Source of the DNA: a virus | Virus record (IMG/VR): IMGVR_UViG_3300011113_000664 | Span: 1 to 64,000 of that record | DNA length: 64,000 nucleotides | Direction: 5' to 3' (one strand) | Shown: positions 54,947 to 64,000 of the stretch, in pieces | Numbering within the stretch: the first letter of the stretch is position 1 | Layout: every line of letters begins with the position of its first letter | The notes under the pieces: generated by a model | Told to the model about the DNA's origin: nothing | Seen by the model: the letters and a program-made list of their open reading frames with translations, nothing else | Database searches by the model: none | Program-made: the position numbers and the translations under genes

Positions 54947-57900
54947 ATGGCTGAAATCTCTCAGGTTTTACAAATTGGTAATAGTAGAAGACCCGAATCA
55001 TTACAAAGAAATCTTTATAAGATTAATTCACCTTATGATTTAACAGATGATGTAGTAACTAAAAGTTTAAATTTACTACAAGCTATAACAGGATATGATT
55101 ATAGAGCAAATCCTGTTGTTGATATTATTGAAAGATTGGTTGATTCTCAGAATAGTGAATTAGTTAAAATAGGCGGTGAAAGATTACTTGTTGAATTTGG
55201 TAGGAGAGCAGGAAATAATGTATTGGGTAAGTTTATACCAAGTCCAACAAACTTAATAGGTGATTTAATAAGTATATTTAAAGGTGATTTTAAAAAAACT
55301 GATGCAAGTATTACCGATTTAAGTAAAGACCCTAATAAGTCATTTTTTGAAGAATTATTTGATTCATTACAAACAAGTATTGGTTATAGAAGTAATGAAA
55401 ACTTTTTAGATAAAGAATATGGTAAACTTGATAATACAAAAACATCTGATGTAAATTTTACTTTTTCAGGTGATATGATTAAAGAGAAAATACAGCAATT
55501 AAATAAAAAATCTGTATTTTCAACTTATAACACTATATCATCAAAAATTGAATTTGAAAAACAATCTTTAGTATTTAGAAATACATATAGTAAAAATTTA
55601 TTACCTACTTTGGAGGTAGAAAACAAATTAACTACAACATTTACAAAAAGTTACTTTCAACCTTTTGTAAAGGAAGATGATAAATTATTAAAAAATTATG
55701 ATTTAGAAACTAAAGGTATAGAAAAAGACCAAGGTTTTGGTTCTTTAGGTAAAATGGATGAATTTAGAACAGATAGAACTGAGTTGACCATACCTAAAAC
55801 ATTATCTGTTGAAAATATTAATACTTATGTTTATGATACAGATACAACAAAGCAAGATAGTCTTAATACAAGATTTGGTGTAAGAAGAGGTCTTGTTTAT
55901 TTTACATCTAAATTAGCAAAAGAAAATCCAACTATTTCACATAATCAAAAATTAATTAAAACTGATACTACTGTTACCCCTAACATTGCTTATTACAAAG
56001 GTAATGGTGAATGTAGAACTTTTACAATTTATGACCAATATGATAATTATGATAGACTTATTAAATTCCTTGGTAATAATGAAAAAAATTCAGTATTAAG
56101 AAATAGTGTTTTACCAAGAATTGCACCAACTGTTGATGATATTGATGCGGATAAATATAATTACTTTTTTACAATGGAGAATCTTGCATTAAAAGATTCA
56201 GTTGATGATTGTGAAAAAGGACCAAACGGTGGTAGATGGATGTGGTTTGCACCATATAATGTAAAAATATCTGATAATAATTCAGTTAATTGGTCTGATA
56301 TGAATTTTCTTGGAAGACCTGAACCAATATTTTCATATCAAAACACAGTAAGAACTTTAAGTTTATCATTTAGTCTATTAATTGATACCGTAAAAGAAAT
56401 ACAAGATATCGAACCAACTATTCAAAATTATTATAATTATCTTTATCAATGTGGATTAATAGCAGAAAAGCAAACAACTAAAAATAATGGAGAAAATATA
56501 GTTCCAACAGGAGAAACTAAACCAAAAAATTCAACAAAAGAAGAAAAGAAATTTGGAAAAAAATTAGAATATTATTTTAAAAATGAAGGTTATGTAATAA
56601 ATTCTATATACCCTGTTTATTCAACAGGTAATGAATTAGAAAGTGCGTCAACAATTAATAATAATTTTGTAAGTGGACTTAATGATGCTGCTGATTTTTT
56701 AGTACAATATATGGGTGATAAAGGTTGTAAAGAAATTACAATGACATTTAATGGTTTTACTACAGGATTAATAACACAAACAGCAACAACTGATTTTGCA
56801 ACGAGTTATAATTATGCATTAGGTATGAGAAGAGCATACAATTTAATGACAACTACAATAGGCAAATATGAATTAATAAAAGGTAATTTACAAAGTATTA
56901 GTTTATCAAATTTTACACCTCCTTTGCCTACTTCTGCTATACCTGATTTAGATACAGGTACAGTTACTGTAAAAGATAAAAAAAGAACATATACTCAACA
57001 ACTTACAAATGGTATAAATATAACAATTGTGCTTGAGTCAAATCCAAATACTCAAGTTGATAAATCAGACCCAAACGAATTAAAGGTTAATCAAGCCAAT
57101 AAAATATCACAGAGATATGCTAAAGTTGAATCAATTGTTGCAATGGTTGAAACTATTCAAGAAGATAGGAAAGTTGAAACTACAAAAGAATTAAATGTTC
57201 CTCCGGTTGTAAATAATGATGAGGTAACACAAAAACCTCAACCTTGTGATGAAGATAAAAATTTACAATTTGAAAGCTTGGAATTTTATAACAAATTCCC
57301 AACAGGATTTGAAAAACTAAATGTATTTACACCATCATTTAATAGTCAAACACCATTTGATTTTACAAAGCGTTATGTGTTTTTACATCAATTAACTAGA
57401 CCTTCAAAATTAAATAATATAAATAAAGCTAATGCGGATAATACTGTATTTGGTAGAATGCCTGTATTTGTTATTAGATATGGTGATTTTATTTATTCAA
57501 AAGCAATTGCAAGGTCAATTAACTTTGATATAAGTGAGTCAACATGGGATTTAAATCCTGAAGGTATGGGTGCTATACCATTGATGTGTACTGTAACAAT
57601 GGATTTAACTCTTATTGGTGGTCAATCTCTTGCAGGTCCAATTGATAGAATTCAAACTGCCAATGATTCTAACTTTATTGCCAATTCTACATTCAATACA
57701 GGTTATTATGCTAACAACAAAACATTTGAAAAGGCAAGACAGCAAGAAGGGGTACAATGGCCTAAATTTGCAAGTGGTGAAAAACCAAATCCTAGAAGAA
57801 AACCTTCTAGTGGAAATAAACCTGAAGATGCATCTCTACAAGGTATTCCAAAAGTAGATGTTAGACCAACGCTTACACCTTTTAAAGCACCTACTCTTGA

Positions 57901-58012
57901 TTCTTATCAATTCAAAAGAGCAGAATTGGTAGATTTACCTGAAACAATCGATGCAGATGCTGCATTAAGATTTATACAAGAACAAGAAGCATCATTTGGA
58001 AAAGGTTTATAA
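54947..58012 (+). CDS. Large late protein, probably virion structural (baseplate/tail-tube-like segments)
   Basis: 1021 aa; CTATTTAT at 54927; W....F.GR.EPIFSYQNT.R.LSLSF and P.....GD.......S....WD segments resemble tube-initiator folds. Confidence 0.55.
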   Translation: MAEISQVLQIGNSRRPESLQRNLYKINSPYDLTDDVVTKSLNLLQAITGYDYRANPVVDIIERLVDSQNSELVKIGGERLLVEFGRRAGNNVLGKFIPSPTNLIGDLISIFKGDFKKTDASITDLSKDPNKSFFEELFDSLQTSIGYRSNENFLDKEYGKLDNTKTSDVNFTFSGDMIKEKIQQLNKKSVFSTYNTISSKIEFEKQSLVFRNTYSKNLLPTLEVENKLTTTFTKSYFQPFVKEDDKLLKNYDLETKGIEKDQGFGSLGKMDEFRTDRTELTIPKTLSVENINTYVYDTDTTKQDSLNTRFGVRRGLVYFTSKLAKENPTISHNQKLIKTDTTVTPNIAYYKGNGECRTFTIYDQYDNYDRLIKFLGNNEKNSVLRNSVLPRIAPTVDDIDADKYNYFFTMENLALKDSVDDCEKGPNGGRWMWFAPYNVKISDNNSVNWSDMNFLGRPEPIFSYQNTVRTLSLSFSLLIDTVKEIQDIEPTIQNYYNYLYQCGLIAEKQTTKNNGENIVPTGETKPKNSTKEEKKFGKKLEYYFKNEGYVINSIYPVYSTGNELESASTINNNFVSGLNDAADFLVQYMGDKGCKEITMTFNGFTTGLITQTATTDFATSYNYALGMRRAYNLMTTTIGKYELIKGNLQSISLSNFTPPLPTSAIPDLDTGTVTVKDKKRTYTQQLTNGINITIVLESNPNTQVDKSDPNELKVNQANKISQRYAKVESIVAMVETIQEDRKVETTKELNVPPVVNNDEVTQKPQPCDEDKNLQFESLEFYNKFPTGFEKLNVFTPSFNSQTPFDFTKRYVFLHQLTRPSKLNNINKANADNTVFGRMPVFVIRYGDFIYSKAIARSINFDISESTWDLNPEGMGAIPLMCTVTMDLTLIGGQSLAGPIDRIQTANDSNFIANSTFNTGYYANNKTFEKARQQEGVQWPKFASGEKPNPRRKPSSGNKPEDASLQGIPKVDVRPTLTPFKAPTLDSYQFKRAELVDLPETIDADAALRFIQEQEASFGKGL

Positions 58013-61000
58013 TTAAACCTCTTTAATGATATCTAAAATACCATTATCAACTTTAGCAATAAAGAATTTATTTGTTTCAGTTATCTTTTTAGATTTAGTG
58101 ACTGAATATATTTTATATAATTCTTTATAATTTGATATAGGTAAGTAAACATTTTCAGTACCAAGATATTTACTATATTTTAAATCAATTATTTCATTAT
58201 CTATGGAATAAGCTTTTTTAAGTAATAATACGATATCACCATTTTTATAGTTTTGATGTTGCATTCTTAATCTGCTTGTAATACCTACTGATTTCATTTT
58301 ATTTCTTATTTCAATATACTTATCATAATATTCTTGTGACTTGAGTTCGTAATCACATTTATAGTCTGTAAATATATCATCAGGTCTAAGTCCTGTCCTA
58401 TTCCAAAACTTAACTTCTTTTTCTTCTAAGTAAAAGAAATCCTCAATTGAATCTCTATCAAAGTTTACCAATTGGATTTCATTATCTGCATAATGTTCTC
58501 TATCCATTGGTTTTTCTTTGATAAGAGTATTCCTTATTTTTTCAGGAAATACAGTTAGTAATGCAGTAACACGCTTATTAAAATTATTAACATAACGAGC
58601 AACATTATATTCACCAAGCATATCAGGATTATTTTTTAATTCAGTCTCAGTAATGACATATGAATTATACATTCCTGTCTTTTTATTGATAGATACATCA
58701 CCATGAGATTTGGCAGTACCATTATTTACATAATAAATAAAATCCATACCGCTTGTATTAATGTTATGTGCAATAACAAGTTCCATGTGTGCTTGTTTTG
58801 CTTTTGCTTTACCATTAATATCTGTACCTCTTTTTTGGTAATCTTCTATTGTTTGTTTTAATCTTGATTTAGATGCAATCTTTTTAATCGGTATTTGTTT
58901 ACAATAAATCTTTGTTAAGTATTCGTAATAGAATTCTATAAACTCTTTTGGTTTGTTAGTAAGAATAAGTTTAATTCCTTCGTTGACAAAATCCTCAATA
59001 TATTCCGACATGGTTTTTGATTTGATTGTATTTCCTGTAACCTTTGGCTTTGACCTTTTAATTTTGAGATTCTTATTAGCTTCTCCCAAGTAAGAGTTCT
59101 TCTCTGCGTATTCTTTAAGATACTCATCTTCTTTTCCTAAATATTGTTTTGGAATATTAAATATTTTTTTCTTATTCTTATCTTCAAGTGTGGAATATTC
59201 AAGATTTGCATAATTCTTTCTTGAAAAGTTAGCAGCAGATATCCACATACCATCATTATCAAGTTTCATATATTGACCTGCAATGATTTCATTATTAAAC
59301 TTTTCAACCATTGCATCAACACCTTTATATACCACACCTTCATATTCATAAATTAAATCATCAATTCTAATTGGTGTTGATAACTTATTAAAATTCAAAT
59401 CAACATTTGTATATTCGGGTACAGAGAAGTTGCAACCATCAGTATCTTCTGTAATTGGTATAGCACCAAATTTCATAAAATAATCAATCATTCTTCTCAA
59501 GTATTGTCTACCTGTACAAGTAATGCGTTCAGCACAATCAAAGTCTGCCCAATTAAAATATTCAGAACCAAACGCACCAAAGTTTGAGTTGTTAAGAATT
59601 TTAATTGGTAGTTGTAGAGCATCATAAAACTTCCTTTCTGATTCAGGAAGTGTTTCATCTTTTGCCCATTTTTTATATTTATCTCTTGTAAACTTAAAGT
59701 AACTCAATAACCTAAAAAGAATATTAGTTACATCATGTCTTGGAAATACACGATGTTCAAGTTGTATTGATGGATACAGACCTGCATAGTCTTCTTTATA
59801 AATATTTTCAAAATATCCAACTTTAAATGTTCTTGAAAGACCGCCTGTAAATTCTACTTTATTGGGTGTGTATGGTATAGCAAGGTCATTCTCATAACTC
59901 CAAGCAGTCATAATAAGATTCCATGAACCTGCCCCACCAATTGTTGCAGTTCTTTCAAGTGATGTTGGAAGAAGTTTTGAAAGCATGAATGTAGATTCAT
60001 TATATACTTTATCAACTTGTAATGTTTCCCATAAATCATCTTCAAGATATTGTTCAATGATTTCACTTCCTGTTATTACTTTATCATAATCAGGATTCAT
60101 TTCAAGATATTCAATAGCTTTATCTTGATAAGAATCGGGTATTAATTTATATTCATTATTTTCAGATTTATTGATATAGAATTTATCTTCTTTCCACATC
60201 TGATAAATCTTAGCACCATTCTTAACATACATACGATTAGGTTTAGCAATACCTGCAAATTTACAGACATATTTCAAACCTGCTTCTTTCATGTTAGAAT
60301 TAATTGCTTGTGTTTTCCACACGGCATGAATAATATCCAAAACATTATATCCAAACATAGATGTTTTAGTATAATATTTTGTTTCGTTACCAACTTTAAG
60401 ACTTGAATTTTCTAGTCTTCTTATACCTTTAGAATCAACATAAGTTGTTTTTAATGAATCAACATCTAATCCTAATTTTTCTGCTCTTCTAAGAATAAAG
60501 TTGAAATCAAAATCTTCACTATTATATCCAAATATGATTGCAGGTTTTAGTTTATCAATATTTTTAAAAAGATTAATAATTAATCTTCTTTCTTCCTCAT
60601 CATTTATTTCATTTACAAAGTCAATTGAAACAAAATTACGATTATCTTTAGAACCAATAGCGAAGATTCTATCCTTATTAGGGTTTAAACCTGTTGTTTC
60701 AATGTCAAATACAAACTTATGTACATCATCGTATGTTTTATAACCATTAAACATACGGACACCTTTTTGAATTAAATACTGTTCTTCAGATTTAAGTGTG
60801 TAAAATAAATTTCTATTACTTAAATCATAAGAAATGTCTATTTTCTCACCTTCTTTTAACTTATCTATGAAAATGATTCGATATACATTTTCACTTTCAT
60901 CATGAAAAATTTCATAATTGTGAAATAATTTTAACTTTTTTAATACACCACTTGTATTTACTTCTACTTTTTTCTCTTCTATTGAATCTTCAAAGAAATC

Positions 61001-61645
61001 ATCTTCTTCATTAATTTCTTCTTTAAATTCACCTGAATATTTTATTTGAATTGAATTATAAACTACTCTGTTTATATCTCTAATAATGATTTCATAATTT
61101 TCTGAAATTTTATTATAAATAACTCTATCATTATTAGGGTCAAACAAAAAGCAGTCTTTCTTATTTAAATCGGGAGCAAATAACTCTGATGTAAATGCTT
61201 CATTTGCTTTCCAATAAATATCAACACCGCCTTGATTAAAAAAGGCTCTCAAATCCCTCATCCCATAAGGAGAATCGGTATACATGATAAACTTGTAACC
61301 GTTTTCAAGTCTATCAACTATAGCACCATTATTATCTTTTGTTTTTAAAGTTTTAAAGGATATATGATATTTCTTCATATTATCCTTATATTCTTGCAGT
61401 CTACCTTTATAAAAGGGAATACCAAGTTTTTTTAAATCTTTAACATAGATAAATGGTCTATATTCTTCTGTCTTGATATATTTCTTTTTAGTTTCGGGGT
61501 CATCAATAACTAATTGAACAACATTAGAATGTGAACTACCTTCAATACATACAATATGTTTTTGATTTAAATTTCTCCCATTTAAAAACCTTTCTACATC
61601 TTCATCTTTAAATGTTTTGTAGGTAATCTTTTCTTTTATTGCCAT
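58013..61645 (-). CDS. Family B DNA polymerase
   Basis: Exo I FDIETTG, Exo II GYNSEDFD, motif A DYAGLYPS, motif B KILNNSNFG, motif C DTDG. Confidence 0.93.
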   Translation of the reverse strand: MAIKEKITYKTFKDEDVERFLNGRNLNQKHIVCIEGSSHSNVVQLVIDDPETKKKYIKTEEYRPFIYVKDLKKLGIPFYKGRLQEYKDNMKKYHISFKTLKTKDNNGAIVDRLENGYKFIMYTDSPYGMRDLRAFFNQGGVDIYWKANEAFTSELFAPDLNKKDCFLFDPNNDRVIYNKISENYEIIIRDINRVVYNSIQIKYSGEFKEEINEEDDFFEDSIEEKKVEVNTSGVLKKLKLFHNYEIFHDESENVYRIIFIDKLKEGEKIDISYDLSNRNLFYTLKSEEQYLIQKGVRMFNGYKTYDDVHKFVFDIETTGLNPNKDRIFAIGSKDNRNFVSIDFVNEINDEEERRLIINLFKNIDKLKPAIIFGYNSEDFDFNFILRRAEKLGLDVDSLKTTYVDSKGIRRLENSSLKVGNETKYYTKTSMFGYNVLDIIHAVWKTQAINSNMKEAGLKYVCKFAGIAKPNRMYVKNGAKIYQMWKEDKFYINKSENNEYKLIPDSYQDKAIEYLEMNPDYDKVITGSEIIEQYLEDDLWETLQVDKVYNESTFMLSKLLPTSLERTATIGGAGSWNLIMTAWSYENDLAIPYTPNKVEFTGGLSRTFKVGYFENIYKEDYAGLYPSIQLEHRVFPRHDVTNILFRLLSYFKFTRDKYKKWAKDETLPESERKFYDALQLPIKILNNSNFGAFGSEYFNWADFDCAERITCTGRQYLRRMIDYFMKFGAIPITEDTDGCNFSVPEYTNVDLNFNKLSTPIRIDDLIYEYEGVVYKGVDAMVEKFNNEIIAGQYMKLDNDGMWISAANFSRKNYANLEYSTLEDKNKKKIFNIPKQYLGKEDEYLKEYAEKNSYLGEANKNLKIKRSKPKVTGNTIKSKTMSEYIEDFVNEGIKLILTNKPKEFIEFYYEYLTKIYCKQIPIKKIASKSRLKQTIEDYQKRGTDINGKAKAKQAHMELVIAHNINTSGMDFIYYVNNGTAKSHGDVSINKKTGMYNSYVITETELKNNPDMLGEYNVARYVNNFNKRVTALLTVFPEKIRNTLIKEKPMDREHYADNEIQLVNFDRDSIEDFFYLEEKEVKFWNRTGLRPDDIFTDYKCDYELKSQEYYDKYIEIRNKMKSVGITSRLRMQHQNYKNGDIVLLLKKAYSIDNEIIDLKYSKYLGTENVYLPISNYKELYKIYSVTKSKKITETNKFFIAKVDNGILDIIKEV

Positions 61646-61650
61646 TATTG

Positions 61651-62739
61651 TTATTTATGAAATCTCCTGAATGAATTTTCGGTGATAAAGACAAAGGTAG
61701 CCTTTTCTTTTAATTCTTTCAAATCAACACAATTTAAATAACTCATTGTGCTTTTCAAATAATCATTAAAGTTTTCAATCCAACCATCAAAAGTATATTC
61801 AATTTTATTCCATTTAGCAATACCTTCGGATGTTTTGAGTTTGTAATTACCCCAAATCTTTTGAATTTCTTTTGTGGACATACCAACATGCCTCTTGTAT
61901 AAAGAGAATTTGTTCTTATACAGCCATTTGGCTAAATCCATATTGGTAATCTTGATTTTTTTCCAAAGATACGGATAAGAATCGGAATCCAAACATTTAT
62001 TTAAGATTCCACCGAGCATAACATAATCTGCACCAAGAGCAAGTGCTTTAATAATATCAGCAAAGTTTTTAAAACCACCATCTGCAACAATTAAAGATTT
62101 ATGTGCGTTAGCTTGCCTTATTTGATTACATTCATAAATCAATGATGCCATTGGGTAATGTATTGAGGCATTGGCACTTGTAGTACAAACACTTCCACCA
62201 CCAATACCAATGCGACAATAATGGACACCAATTTTAGAAAATTCATCATATGTATGTGGATTAGCAATATTACCAATCATTAACTTCTTATTCTTAAACT
62301 TTTTAATAAATATTTTAGATAAGTCAAGAAGTTTCCACATATGTCCATTTGCAATATCAACTAAGACACATTCAGAATCTAATATTAAATTTTCAAAAGC
62401 ATTAAAATCAGTTTCAATTAATCTAAATTCTTGTAATGATATTGATTTAAACATTATTTTATTTAAACTACTAAGTTTAAATAATTCAGTATAAACGCTG
62501 TATTCATAATTTCTTGGAACACAGACCATCATTTGTTTAAGTAATTGATTTAAAAACTCTTCATGAAATCTGTTTTCTTTTTTAATAGAAAGTACAGAAT
62601 TCATTGGAGATGCCATCAATGGTAGAAGTGATGGTAAATTAATTTCACTTCGTGATTCTACTTTTGATAGTACGGATGGTACTAAAGCGATATCATGGAA
62701 ATCAAACTTAGGTGTTTCCAAATTATTTAAAAATGTCAT
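61651..62739 (-). CDS. GMP reductase / IMP dehydrogenase family protein
   Basis: DIANGH, GIGGGSVCTT, VADGG, ALALGADYVMLG, GMST. Confidence 0.88.
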   Translation of the reverse strand: MTFLNNLETPKFDFHDIALVPSVLSKVESRSEINLPSLLPLMASPMNSVLSIKKENRFHEEFLNQLLKQMMVCVPRNYEYSVYTELFKLSSLNKIMFKSISLQEFRLIETDFNAFENLILDSECVLVDIANGHMWKLLDLSKIFIKKFKNKKLMIGNIANPHTYDEFSKIGVHYCRIGIGGGSVCTTSANASIHYPMASLIYECNQIRQANAHKSLIVADGGFKNFADIIKALALGADYVMLGGILNKCLDSDSYPYLWKKIKITNMDLAKWLYKNKFSLYKRHVGMSTKEIQKIWGNYKLKTSEGIAKWNKIEYTFDGWIENFNDYLKSTMSYLNCVDLKELKEKATFVFITENSFRRFHK

Positions 62740-62900
62740 TATTCTTCAGTTTGAGGAATTTGAGATTGATTTTTAGTTTCCATGATTTTACGATAGTTTT
62801 CTAAAAACTTTTTAGAAAGCCTTTTTGCATCATCTTTCAATCTTGCTGTTCTAGCAATACTTTTCTTTTTCTGAGTTTTTCTTTGTTTGGAGACAGGCAT
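62739..62900 (-). CDS. Small basic protein (53 aa)
   Basis: Hand-translated MPVSKQRKTQKKKSIAR... Confidence 0.55.
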   Translation of the reverse strand: MPVSKQRKTQKKKSIARTARLKDDAKRLSKKFLENYRKIMETKNQSQIPQTEE

Positions 62901-62930
62901 AATATTAAAATTTATGCCCTAAATATAGAA

Positions 62931-63137
62931 TTAAAATCCTAAAGTTTTCAAGATTTTTTTGAAAAAATTTTTATTTTCTCTGTTTTTCAGAGTTTTAAAT
63001 TTTTCAACTTCCTCAAAAATATTCTCAGAGCGAACCTGCTCTTTTAATTTATTTGAATAACCTTTCCAAAATCTCTCTTCTTTTAGTTCTTCCTCTTTAA
63101 GAAGATTGATTTCATTTTGTTCTTCTTTAGAAGTCAT
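62931..63137 (-). CDS. Hypothetical protein
   Basis: Operon position; start uncertain. Confidence 0.55.
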   Translation of the reverse strand: MTSKEEQNEINLLKEEELKEERFWKGYSNKLKEQVRSENIFEEVEKFKTLKNRENKNFFKKILKTLGF

Positions 63138-63390
63138 CTTTATCAAAATAATTTTTAAGTTCTTCTAGTTTATCCAAATATTCTTGTATTTGGAATGTTT
63201 CAATTTGACCACTTGAGTACGCACTATCTCTATCATCAACAATAATAACATCAGGATTAGTTGACCACTTTTCATTGACTTCCTTTAAAAATTCTTCATT
63301 TGTTAAAGTTGGATAAGCACCTGCTTTAATATCAGTTAAATAGTAAACTGCTTTTGGTTTTAATTCATAAGTAAAATATCTTGCTTTCAT
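63127..63390 (-). CDS. Hypothetical protein
   Basis: Operon position. Confidence 0.65.
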   Translation of the reverse strand: MKARYFTYELKPKAVYYLTDIKAGAYPTLTNEEFLKEVNEKWSTNPDVIIVDDRDSAYSSGQIETFQIQEYLDKLEELKNYFDKDDF

Positions 63391-63394
63391 AACA

Positions 63395-63829
63395 TTATTT
63401 TTTAAAAAATAGAAAATATAAATTTAAAAATTCTTTTAATTCCTGTGGATTTTTTTCTTTGTAAATATAAAATCTTTCTTTTATAACTTTTACAAGTTTA
63501 TCAATAAAAATATTTAATTCAACATCTTTTGTTAGTATTTCATTTGAATATGTTGTAAAATACAATAATAGTTTATTGTTTTGACTAAAATCAAAATTAT
63601 AAATATTTTTATATTCTTCTGATGTTTTATTAAAGCACCATTTAATATAATCATCTATTTGTTGTTGATTTTCAAAAGCATCAAAACCTAAAAAAGAGTT
63701 TATGAATAACTTTGTATAGTCAATCATAAACTCTTTACATATTTCAACTTTTTGATAATCTACATTTTCTGTAAATAAAAGATAATAATTATCTTTGGAT
63801 ATTTTATCTTTATCTTTTAAACTCATCAT
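63395..63829 (-). CDS. Hypothetical protein
   Basis: Operon position; WCF motif. Confidence 0.65.
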   Translation of the reverse strand: MMSLKDKDKISKDNYYLLFTENVDYQKVEICKEFMIDYTKLFINSFLGFDAFENQQQIDDYIKWCFNKTSEEYKNIYNFDFSQNNKLLLYFTTYSNEILTKDVELNIFIDKLVKVIKERFYIYKEKNPQELKEFLNLYFLFFKK

Positions 63830-63830
63830 A

Positions 63831-64000
63831 TTAAACTAAGAATACTTTTTTACTTTCTGGTGAGTAAAGAAGTTTCTTGTTTAAAACCCTACTTTTAAAA
63901 TCTTCAGACAAAGTTTGACCCAAACCTTTATATATCAATTCTTTACAACCAACAAGTTTATTTTCATTGATTTTTTTCATTTCAATGACATTATTTGAAT
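63831..64000 (-). CDS. C-terminal part of a gene entering from beyond the window
   Basis: Open frame ...LLYSPESKKVFLV-TAA ending at 63831. Confidence 0.6.
   Translation of the reverse strand, partial: SNNVIEMKKINENKLVGCKELIYKGLGQTLSEDFKSRVLNKKLLYSPESKKVFLV

Noticed and set aside
1-64000. Genome-wide stop-codon reassignment
   Set aside because: Long genes are intact in the standard code, and TGA and TAG end several well-bounded genes; only one suspicious TGA (22055) was seen.

Overview
A 64 kb segment of a large, AT-rich lytic dsDNA phage (jumbo-phage-like). The host is most likely Bacteroidota: TAnnTTTG promoters, A-rich translation starts without Shine-Dalgarno. Core genes are a family B DNA polymerase, ThyX, GMP reductase/IMPDH, a MazG-like protein, thioredoxin, a metallophosphoesterase, an M15 peptidase, a stand-alone class II aaRS-like catalytic domain, HNH and GIY-YIG homing endonucleases, and tRNAs. 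Three promoter classes are readable by eye. (1) Host-type TAnnTTTG promoters, one of which drives a divergent ECF-sigma-like gene at 37306-38130. (2) 37 copies of a strictly spaced promoter, TGTAAGA-N12-TTTGATATATT, that organise about 60 small genes (12.9-36.6 kb) into terminator-promoter-gene cassettes; four reversed copies have no ORF and appear to transcribe small RNAs sharing a conserved core. (3) A CTATTTAT late motif in front of a family of unrelated proteins that share an N-terminal ITESQL/IIKEE tag, probably capsid-packaged cargo. These include an ADP-ribosyltransferase-like polyprotein and a tandem gene accordion with visible recombination scars. Other oddities: two tRNA-like genes with expanded anticodon loops, 3' UTRs that read as antisense to translation-start regions, MraZ-box-like and IHF-like sites, ACATTGT arrays, and a probable genome end near 38.4 kb. 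All protein assignments come from motif recognition by eye; no database search was run.
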